The notes beneath the pieces were generated by a model. That model did not search any database. It was not told the origin of the DNA and worked only from the letters and a program-made list of their open reading frames with translations. From Balanoglossus misakiensis (Eukaryota > Animalia > Hemichordata): a stretch of 64,000 nucleotides of DNA. The position numbers were made by a program, and so were the translations under genes. This document shows positions 39,449-50,620 of this stretch, one piece after another. Within the stretch, counting starts at the first letter, position 1. Each line of letters opens with the position of its first letter. The DNA lies in NCBI GenBank assembly GCA_040954595.2, contig CM082588.2, forward strand, positions 8,106,844 through 8,170,843, read 5' to 3'.

Positions 39449-42400
39449 CCTAGCTATAACAAATAACGTGTAAAGCCTGCTATAAAGGTACCGCAAATTG
39501 ACAAATCTCAGTTACTCAATTTTCAAAAGGTTTCTGTAGCAATGCCTATGAGTGGGTCATTCAGCACGACAAATCAGCGTAATGGCGGCGATCTAAAGGC
39601 CTTTGAAGTGACAATATGTTATCTTGTCTAAAAACAGGCAAGTGTTTGGCGATAACGTAACTTCTCACTGAACCCAGAAATCTCATTAGTGAAGATTAGT
39701 GTTGCCTGTTTTGATTGCTGTTAATTCTGAAGTTAATACAAGTACCAATCAACGAGAGCCAGTATTTGCATATGTTTAGACGCAAACAACTGATGGTCTG
39801 TGAGAAAACGCGAATAAAGGGTGGTTTAAGTCGTTCTGTTACGTGCTACTTGGTACTTGGTATTTAAAGAACAGTTAAATTCTATAGCTACGTTTTAATT
39901 CATTGTTTTCTTGAGCTTGTTTTAACAATTGAAAACACCCTCAATCAGTTCCATTGTAGTGTGCAGTTCCACTCATTGTAAATAGTGCAATGTATTGAAA
40001 GCACTCGACGGCTTGCAACTGCACGGATCTGGTCGTGCATGGAATCGTCCCCAATTTACATAATTATGCACATTCAAGAATGTTATATCTTCTTCGCGTA
40101 ATATGGGCTGTAACCACGCGGAGAAAGTATGGCTCATTTCCGAATAAAGTACAAGGGTTCTAATCATTATGTAAAAGATGAGAAGCTAATATTTGATGGT
40201 GTGTGGCATTCTGTTATTACGACTGCCGTGAAACGATTCTCAATTGCATCATGGCGAGTCACAAACGTCACTTTGAAGATTAGAAAACTAATTATGTATC
40301 TCCATGATGGATCTCCGTGATGGATCGCAAAACATATAAAGATTAAACATAAAAAGATACGACTAATTTCGGGACGGATTGAAAGGGGGAAGATGTTTCT
40401 TTCTACAGTTTTCTGGGGAAACATTTTATGCCCTCCTCCGCGACGGCAAGGTCGTCATATGCACTTCCGGAAGTCTGGCGTCGGTAAGAATTACGCATGC
40501 GTCATTTAACTTCTTCATGATGCTGACGTCAACGGAGCTGACAGGAAACTATGTTCGACTTACAAATAATTTCAATGAGCATGATAAAGACAGCCAACCA
40601 TTTGCTAGAAACATTTGACAAGAGGCTCGAAACGTCTTTTAACGCCTGAATATAGGCATTTTGCATGCATATATTTTGTTGTTTGAATACTAGTATTTTT
40701 GTTTGTCGTTCTAACACGTTATGGTATTTTGATTTCTTTTTGCAGAAGATAATCCGACGCCAAAGGCCAAAATAAGCCATACGACAGCGCTACCAAGCGA
40801 TACAACCCATCCGCACGCAACCCAGAACGTTCTACGCCCAATGAAAGACATAAACTCGTGTCCTCATGCGCGCAGAAGCAAATCACTGTTATGCAAAACA
40901 ACTGCGGACAGTAGCAAAACATTGTTATGCAATACTGTCAACCCCAGCCAACATTCCACCACCTGCGGACATGCATATAACTGTTTATTCCCCATGTGTT
41001 CACACCAGGCTGGTCTCCTGATGAGTGAGTCCAGTGACTCAACAACCCAGTAGAGATTATAGGACCTACCGGACTCTCCCGTCTGATTCACCGGATACAC
41101 ATTTTCTCTTTAGCCTAAGGCCAATGTATCTACAAATACCGGACAGAGACATACCGCCATGTATGGACATTACTTTGATAGCATACATGTATTTCAGGAA
41201 CAATAATCCTTATTAACAACTATTTATTGTATAGATTTTGACTCTATTACTTATCTCTATATTCACTGATACAAAACAAAACAAATAGCAGGTATTTAAC
41301 AGCTGAGGTATTATCGTATGCTGAGATGTCTTTTTCTGTGCGGGATGTCCGCCTTAAAAGTCGTTAAAGTAGTAATATTGGAAAATGTTCAGCCAATGTT
41401 TAATACTCAAATTACATTCAATGTGGATGGTACAAGGCGTATATTTCCTTATTATCTGAGTTGCCACAGCTGACAGACATGATTTAAACCCGTCAATTAT
41501 TTTTGTAATGCCATCATTTACAACTCACGAAATTAACTACCAGGTTAAGCCATTCCGTTAAGGTCTGATAAACCGTATTAATATCATTTATGAAATGAAG
41601 TTATCACATTCAATAACATTAAGCAACTACTGGTGTATTGGGAATCATTCGTTAGACGAGTCCACGAAATGATTATTCAATGTCTGTTGCTCGCTCAGCT
41701 AGTTGCCTCGTGTCGCTGTTCCTTCATAACTCACGCCCGTTTGAACACTTAACCCTAAACAACGTTCAGCTGCGGCGATGTGTAATTAAATATCCGACAA
41801 ATTGGCTAAGTTACCGCCATAATTAACGGAGTACACGTCGATTACTGTGGCGAGGTCAAACCCCCGCGGAGAATGTTAAAGAAGGGAAATCGTTTTGCGG
41901 ATTTGTCAACACAGCTACTGTGCCGTGACTTTGTAGGGGTTAATTTGCCTCGCTTGCCGCCGAGAAGGTTGCCCCTGGCATGTGGCAGGGAACTGTTGAC
42001 ATACAAGTCACTCAGCACATCATTAAGGTGACCAATGTCTGTCTGTCAGTCTATGTATGACTGTGCCATTGCTATCTCAAATGATCATTTCAAGCAACTT
42101 TAGAATGCCAGGCGCTTGTTTGTTTGTTTTGGTGGACGTGGCTTGCATAATAATCTTAAAATGTATGTTTTCCGATGACCGTCCATGGAAAGCAATTAGA
42201 ATTATTTTGCACGTACACAAAATAACTGCGGCAAATTTGATGAACGATATTACAGATATCTATGTAGCAACACTATGGTAGTTATATGTGAATTGTGTCT
42301 GCATTCTTTCATATTTAATATTTTGTAATTATCTGTTATATTTTTCAAATACTGCATGATATGTGATGAAAATTTCTATAGATATTGATCTGCAGACAAG

Positions 42401-45400
42401 ATACAGAAGTCTTGACCCTGCACGTGCATATACAGCATCCGTTTTCACCAGAAAGATACGATCTCGTTACAATAATTCGAATCACGCGTGCCACCTATAG
42501 TCTAGACTTTCTTTATCATAAGATTTCAACCCAGTTGCCTGGAATATTGCACGGTTTTGATCGGTGTTTAAACTGAAGAGACGGTCGAAGGGAATAGTTA
42601 CTGTCCGAATAGATGCCTGGCCTGGTTTATGAACATACGTCCTCGGTATGTGATCATACGATGGTGTGCGACTGCGAACCGAAGCACTGTTACCATTAGT
42701 CTTAAATCCAGGCCCAGTGTGTTTTACATAAATTCGCACACACACTCACTCACCTTTGTGTGAGTCTATCTAAAACACACTGGGTCTGGATTCCAGACTA
42801 TGTTACCATGTGTTAGTCAGTCAAACTGCTATCGGAGATAACTGATGCAAGGCTGATCATAATATTTGGTACCGTTCTGCTGAAAAACGTGTGCTCCATG
42901 ACTGTTCCATATATGCACTGTTAAATATGAAAGTATGCATATAGTTGACATAACACACGGAACTGCCATAGTCTTGCTACTTTGGTATCTGTAATAACTT
43001 TCATCAAATTTGCCGCAGTTATTCTGTGTACATGCAAATAAATCATTCGAGGCCAATAACCTGCGCACACCGCCGATTTCACAATTTAACTACAAGAAAA
43101 TCGCTTGGTGGCATTTAAGACCAAAGAAGTTATTTGATCGATTGTTTACGCATTCTTCCAGTGACTCTCGACCCGGTGCAAAACATGTTCAACCAAAAAC
43201 ACGGATCCACGCCACACAACATGCACCAACTTAGTGGTGGCAATATACAGGGCACATGTACTTCGCCAGTAGTGGCAGTGTCACTGTGATGCGCTGAACT
43301 TAGGTGACATGAAAACGGAACCACGTATAGATGCTACGTCTGCACGTCTGTCCTGTCTACCGCCCGTACCTGTAGGATGGTGTTCTCATTTGTCAGTTAA
43401 ACGCCCTCATGGGTTGAACTGCCACAACTTACGACTGCTATTTTGATTTTTCATGATGATGAACTTTGGCACAACTTGTATTTAACCAACGCCTTTAAAT
43501 GTTATTATATCACTAATCTAAGAATGGTACGATCTTTTAGCGTCATGATTTTTTCAGCTTAATACGATGGACAGAAGAAAGCCTAGCAGCATCAGCATAC
43601 CCAAAGTTGAAGTCGATTGGCTAAGTATATTCTGAGATCTGAGATTTTCCCTGAAAATCCAACATGGCCGCCAGGTCACGTGACTAATTAAACTTCAAGT
43701 GTCTGGTGCACAACTACTAATCAGCCCCAACTACTATGAGAAGCCTGTGTGCTCGACAAAGAATGTACATAAGAAGAAAGCAAGCAAGCAAGCAAGAAGA
43801 ACTTGCCATGAGCAATTCCAAGAGGGGCCCAGGCTCTATGGCTTTGGCTAAAGAATCCCTTTGCCGCGTCTGTTAGCAAGAGCTAATCAATATTTAATTG
43901 TTCTGAACTACAAACTCATGCATACACTGAATGTCACAGGAAATATTAAGACTACAACACAATTTGCCAATTGATCAATTTCTACCCTGTATTGTATTGA
44001 TGTCTTATATTATTTTGACAAATTTACACGACGTTTAATTAGAAAGGGGCAGGTATCTGAGGTTGGTGCAGTTTTCATATAATCACTCTCTCGTGAATCA
44101 AAGCAAGGAAAGAAACACTATTAAAATCCAAGTCACATTATTGTCGAGGTTCAGATGAAATTACCTTATTGGGGCTAAATTATGGGAATGATCAAAGCTA
44201 AAGTAAATATTCTAACTTACGTACTCTAAACCAATACAGACTGGCATTGAAATCCGGCACCGTCTCTCAGCACCGTACTAAGCATGGAGGAAACACCGCG
44301 ATTTCAAGGCGCTGTGTTATAGCACTGAAATGACGGTGTTGTGCGGCGGTTAATGCGTCGTCCAAATACTTCCTATCAATACAGCTTTTCTTCAGTCCCG
44401 GGGGACTTTATTAGCATCATGTCCGTGACTTGAATTTTAAACATGAATACCTGATCAGACGGGACGCATGCGCATGTCACGCAAATGCGCCAAAATACTT
44501 GCAAGTTTTAAAACGATGTCCTTAATTTAATTGTTATAATCAATGTATGGTTGGAGGAAATATAAAAAGGAAGGCAAGTGAATGGTACAGCATCTGTTTT
44601 TCATCACCTTTGTTTGCAAGGTTCCTTGATTTTAATGAATGAAAATGACTCAAGGACCAGACCTTTCTTTACAGCAATATTTGGATGTTTTTAAGTATTG
44701 AATCCTTGTGCCATGACGTGTGTATCGGTATAAATATTGTATTTGCAAATGTCTGCTGGAATTAATAAAGATAAATGATGCTCCTAGACCTACATTATGT
44801 TTAGTTGCTTTTTGCGGTTGTCTGCAGATTAGCCATAGATAAGCAAGTATGTCGTCTTGGCGGGAAGTTGTCACGTGTCATTCCATAGTCTGCGCACGCT
44901 TTTTTTTTCGTTTTTATCGGCGGTCAGACTCTACGAAAGGTTCTCTCAGACTCTGTGAGTATTTTTGGTGGAGATGGAGACGATTTTACGCTCTCAGCCT
45001 TCGGACTTTACTGATCCAACACAAGTCCTGGTGAGGTAAGCGTCCGAAGGGTGTCGATGGTAACAGTACATGAAATATTGTTTTTCAAAGCAAAAATTAG
45101 ACGCCATGGCAATGATGTTTTTTGTGGAAAGCATGTCACTGTAATCGCAAAAGTAGAAGGAGTTAATTTGACCTGTCCATTCACAAAACAAACTCATAGC
45201 GTCAATGACACTTTGGTCCCATTTAGGGATTGCATAGAAATGGGTGTACACCGGAATAAAAATCACAAGCAGACATAGCCTAACCAGTATAAATATCTAA
45301 ATAAGTTGGAACACCCCTACCAAGTGTCATGGCAAACTGACAAGCTTGTAGACATCTCATCAAAATAAGCATTACTAGAAAGCACTTGCAGGAAAAACCG

Positions 45401-46075
45401 AGCTCTTAAATAAAAGAAGAATTACTTTGTTGAAAATCACCTGGGAAGGAAAATAGCATTCAAATAGTCACTATCAGAAAATGTCGGCAGTGAATGGGAG
45501 GTCGGTAATTATCAATATTGCACACGAAAAGTACAATGCACTCTATAGGCGTTTGGTATTACCTAGGGACACAAGTAATGGGTTCGAAAAACTGAGCTGT
45601 CCTACACACGTACACAAAGAATGACTCACGATACCTGACACCACAATATGTACAGGTTCAATCAGTGCGAAGACGATTAATTCGATTCCAATGCTCTTTA
45701 AAATTGACTTACTTTATAAATTGAGCCGCTCACATTACGACACACGTTAACGAAATGGTACTTACAGGACGCTATGCTGCACATAACGCCTTCAAGCAAA
45801 CGTCTACGGCAAATATCGCGAGTTTACAGGTAAACCTCGAAGTAGATATCCAGCTATGCCGAGTTTACGACGAAAGCAGCTTCCGAGTACTTTTTAGTTC
45901 TAACTTTTTCCCCATTAATACAAGTTAGTATCATCATTTGGAAGTATGTAGTACATAAATTTATACATACGGAAATTGGTTTGTCCAATTTGGTCTTCTC
46001 TTGAGCACGAACTTTATTTTCCAGATGCACATTATTCAAATACTTGTTTATGGCATCACCAGAAATGTTATTGGA

Positions 46076-47425
46076 AGAATACAGAAGTTGGTAAAACAGT
46101 GTACGAATGTATTGGCCGCCATGAGATTATAGCAAATTCCATTTCATTTGAAAGAAAAACGAATTTTTGTGATCCAAGCGATCAACAATCTGATTCTCTT
46201 CCAAATAAAATAGTGGAGGATTTTGACGGATATTCTAGAAACATTTCCATATTTTCAAGTGAAAAGTACTGGTACTTGCAGGACGCGGGGTTTCTGCCGA
46301 CAGCGCCCCCATGTGACCATTTGACACAATTTTTGTGCTCATTCTAAAAGTGAAGTGGTCGTCGCACCGCGTGGGTGTCCCCCTTGATGAGAATATGCCC
46401 TCCCATACCAGCACAAACCTCACTGCAGTCGCCACGACCTACTAGGATCTGCGGTCGCTGTCATGCCCAGTCTACGCTAAAGGGAAGCGGTCGTCGCACC
46501 GCGTGGGTGTCCCCCTTGATGAGAATATGTCCTCCCATACCAGCACAAACCTCACTGCAGTCGCCACGACCTACTAGGATCTTCAGTTGCTGTCATGCCC
46601 AGTCGACGCTACGGTTGGCTGCTTCGTTCATTCTAAGAATGATCTAATTTCAGGGATTTGTGGATGAATTGTAATGTTTATAAACAAACAAATGCGGCCC
46701 CTTCACTTTAAATGTGAAAAGACACAACACTTCTTGTAGTTGGACACAACAAATTCAAACTTTTATTCCTTAGTGTTTGCAGATCATGAACAGTTCCTAT
46801 GAAATGTCAGTTTTCCAGATATAAACATGACTATTTTAACTGGCCTTCATAAGATAAGCTTATTATAGCAATAAAAAATGTTTACTTGGAACCATTTTGA
46901 CTACTATGATGCAGTTTTCACACAAGCTGTAAAGCACCAAAACGAAGGAAAAGGCCTTAGGCCAAATAGAAAAATATGTGCTGTTCCGATTACATGGTTT
47001 TCAAAAATAGGGTAGGTAGGTAGAGAATTTTTTTTTATTTCTCTATTAGCCATAGTGTAGAAGAATGACATCATAGTTCTTGCATGATTCGCGCAATTTT
47101 CATAAACTTTGTATATTTGACATTGATATTTTTACTTCCAGGTTTACGAAGCTCTAAAAAGTTTAGGGTCGGCGGGCTAAAATTAGGGTAGGTCGGGTAA
47201 TCGGAACAGTACATACTTTTTTATTTGGCCTTAAAACATTGTTGGTAGATTTTGCATGATTAAATTCCGGTGGGTCAAGTGTATGTCAGTCCTAATAAGA
47301 CTTTTATGCCAAAGAACCCCGGTAAATATAACTGTTTAAAACAGAAAAATGTAATTAAAACATGTGTCATTGCAGTAAGGTCGTTTTTTCATTAGTCAAA
47401 ATTTTACAAAAGTGCCAAAAAAATT
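46076..47425 (+). repeat. Left copy of a ~1.2-1.35 kb direct duplication
   Basis: Collinear with 53418-54647 from AGAATAC.GAAGTTGGTAAAA to ATTTTACAAAAGTGCCAAAAAA. This copy has an extra ~130-bp internal tandem duplication (~46348-46610). Confidence 0.92.
46960..47230. mobile_element. PIF/Harbinger-like MITE nested in the left duplicate
   Basis: TTA|GGCCAAAT...TGTGCTGTTCCGATTAC ... GTAATCGGAACAGTACA...ATTTGGCC|TTA, a 3-bp TTA TSD. Confidence 0.75.
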
Positions 47426-49416
47426 TGACATGAATATATCCATGCCGTGAGACAAGTTTCTAGCAATTTACAGGCAGTCAGCGTTGGGATAGTGAATTGA
47501 CCCGTACGTAATATCCTAAAGAGAGTTTAATTAGCGTCGAAAAGGAAGTCATTACGTCATAGGTCAACATGCCTTGACCTAGTTCAGTGGTATACACGGC
47601 TCGACTTGTATATGGGGAAGGCAATTTTTACACCGTCATTACTCCACAAGGGAGCCGCTCGCAACATTATAATTTCACGGTAACTTAGTTCAATATCTTC
47701 CTAGCCTACCCATTTTTTTTCAAGACAAGAAATCTTTTATGTGAGTCAGGGACCACAATTTCAGTCAACATACCGAAACTGTCTTTCTCGGGAACGCGTC
47801 GTTAAAACTTCACGAAAAATCATCCTATCATTGACTGTGGTGATTCATACCCGTCTCAGAAAAATGGATGCACTACGATCACTTGTTGTACCGTAAATCT
47901 CCGTTTGTAACTGCCACTCAGTGAAATAGATCTCTTTAGCCCATTAAACGCCAGAATGTTCCCTCAAGAAATAAAGACGGTCGGAAAACTCTCGGGCCTC
48001 ATTATGGTTCGCTTAAATGTTGATTGGTTTCAACAATCCACTTAACTCTCCACACCCCCCACCTCCCAATCAGAAGCATGCCACCATGTGCATCAGATTA
48101 GAATATGCGGCGATGTCATTGTTCCCAGGATGCATCATAATTTATTTAGGAGAGGTGTGGAAAAAGTGTTGCAAGGGTGCAACGAGCCCAGCTCCGGGTC
48201 CTAGCACCGTATTTCAAGTCGAGATACATGTAACACAACAACTAAATAACTTAGCCTTGTATTCAATATGGCGATCTCAACATGTAAACACACAAAAATA
48301 AATCAGAACGCGAGCGGTTCGGACGTTAGGACAAGTTAATCGCATCATATTTGGAGTCGGTTAGGAGGTAGAAGTAGACAGGGAAAATATTTTGCTTCGA
48401 TAAAATCGAATTCCGGCCGAAAAAGCTGCGTTTCCGATCCGGTCTATGGCGCCGGGGCTGTGATGGAGGCCGTGCATGTAATGCCGGGAGCACGCAGAGC
48501 TATTACGAGACATGACAGGCCCAGGTTACCCCATGCAGTGAATGTAATCTACAGCAAATCTTTTTCAGACCTGACTCTTCGAAAGACACACTCCCAGTTT
48601 GCCGACAAATAGATTAAAATTTAAAATAAAATTTTTAATCAATCACATTGATAGATTCCTTTGACAACATGAAGAATAAACATGAAGAATAAGCATGTTT
48701 GCATATTTTAATAGTCAAACATATCAGGTCATTTTGATAAAAAGAGTAGTAAAGTCAAGGTGTAGTACATCATTTCAGGTTAGTGGCGTACAATGTACAT
48801 GTACTATATCATACTGACATCGGTGGCACAGTGTTTGAAATTTGGAGATTGATTGATGGATTGGTTCATTCCTCAGGATTGGTGGCAGAGAACTCTTTGA
48901 ACGTGTTATTAATGATCAGTTTGAACTTAAGGAGAAGGAGGCTATCTTCTTCATGAGACAAATTTGTGACGGTGTGAAATACATGCACCAGCAGCAAATC
49001 ATCCACCTTAATTTAAAACCAGAAAACATCATGTGCATTAGTAAGAACAGCAATGACATCAAACTGATCGACTTCGGACTAGCCCGCAAGTACGACCCCA
49101 AGGAGAGCATCAAAGAAATGGTGGGAACTCCGGAATTCGTGGCACCGGAAGTCATCAACTTTGATGCCTTGAGTTTTGCCACAGACATGTGGAGTGTGGG
49201 TGTCATCTGCTATGTGTTACTAAGTGGCCTGTCACCATTCATGGGAGACAATGACGCTGAGACACTGACCAACGTCACAGCCGGAGAATGGGACTTTGAA
49301 GATGAGGCCTTCGATGAAATCTCAGACGATGCGAATGACTTTATTGAACAACTCTTAATCAAACGGAAAGAGTAAGTTTCTTAACACTCTCAATCACTTA
49401 CGTTGACCGACTACTG

Positions 49417-49604
49417 ATTGGCCGTTGATGGCATGGGTGTTTCTTCATTATTATTCATATATGCCCAATTATGGCACATGTTGCGGCTGCATTGACAATC
49501 GCGGGAAATTTACAATGTAGCTCCGCCCAGAATGATACATAATCATGATCACGTGGTGACGCTTGACGTCAGATTGCTCAGTTGGAGACTATTCACATGC
49601 AAAT
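49417..49604 (+). promoter_or_regulatory. Dense promoter-motif cluster in the intron after the kinase exon
   Basis: ATTGG 49417-49421, CArG CCAATTATGG 49465-49474, GC box CTCCGCCC 49521-49528, E-box CACGTG 49550-49555, CRE TGACGTCA 49564-49571, octamer ATGCAAAT 49597-49604. Confidence 0.4.
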
Positions 49605-49694
49605 TACCATTTTTATGGCCTTACTAGATTTTCTTTAGGCGTTCCTAGACGGTAGTAGGGTGAATGCGCCTACAAACGGATAGATTCTAGACTA

Positions 49695-50146
49695 AAATCC
49701 ATTGGGAACATACCGGTAGATATAAGCAAAGGAATTCATTTGTAGGTTTGATCAACGTTACTCTTCAATTCTAATTAAGTCAGGTCCTCACATGTGTCAA
49801 ATTCCAGCCAGCTGTGAACAATACATTTAAATACCAGCAATCACCCTTCAAACTAAAGAATGGCAATGCTTTGTCATTTAATTAATGCCTAAATCCATTG
49901 GGAACATACTGGTAGCTATAAACAAAGGAATTCATTTGTAGGTTTGATCAACGTTACTCTTCAATTCTAATTAAGTCAGGTCCTCACATGTGTCAAATTC
50001 CAGCCAGCTGTGAACAATACATTTAAATACCAGCAATCACCCTTCAAACTAAAGAATGGCAATGCTTTGTCATTTAATTAATGCCTAAATCCATTGGGAA
50101 CATACCGGTAGCTATAAACAAAGGAATTCTTTTGTAGGTTTGATCA
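49695..50146. repeat. 196-bp tandem repeat, ~2.3 near-identical copies
   Basis: CCATTGGGAACATAC starts at 49699, 49895 and 50091. Confidence 0.92.
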
Positions 50147-50320
50147 TCTGATCATTGACACTGTTCAGTAGCTCCAAGTCTGCTGGCAAGCCCACTACGC
50201 CCTTTTCTGGTCTCCTGAAAGCCAAGAGACAGGAAGAAGAAACCAAGAAGAAATCTGCCGCCCAGGAAGAAGAAGTTGACATAGAAGGAAATCCGGACGG
50301 AACCGAAGGACACTAAGGAG

Positions 50321-50620
50321 ATGGCTGGGAAAGTAAGAGCACCTGTGTTTACGCGGGAACTAGATGACGTTGAAGTGTGCGAGGGAAGAGCGGCAAGATT
50401 AGACTGTGTGGTTGTGGGCAGCCCAGAGCCAGACATCAGGTGGCTGAAAGATGGCTTAGAAGTCGAAGACAGCGGGCGCTACCGAATGGAGTTTGGTGAT
50501 AACGATTCTGTCTCACTCATCATAGCTGGAGTGGTAGAGGACGACGGTGGGGAATATGTTTGCGAAGCCATTAACAAAGCTGGCAAAGCCACTTCCACTG
50601 CTAAAATCATCGTTCGTTAA
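50321..50620 (+). CDS. Intact 99-aa I-set Ig (telokin-like) ORF inside the MYLK fragment; expression unknown
   Basis: Start context GAGATGG. APVFTRELDDVEVCEGRAARLDCVVVGSPEPDIRWLKDG...DDGGEYVCEAINKAGKATSTAKIIV aligns by eye with the C-terminal Ig of MYLK (telokin). Confidence 0.45.
   Translation: MAGKVRAPVFTRELDDVEVCEGRAARLDCVVVGSPEPDIRWLKDGLEVEDSGRYRMEFGDNDSVSLIIAGVVEDDGGEYVCEAINKAGKATSTAKIIVR

Noticed and set aside
44266-44290. RE1/NRSE-like CTCAGCACC upstream of the receptor
   Set aside because: Only the left half-site matches; the GGACAG half is absent.
49695-50146. CRISPR-like array
   Set aside because: Eukaryotic intron with head-to-tail 196-bp units and no unique spacers or cas genes.
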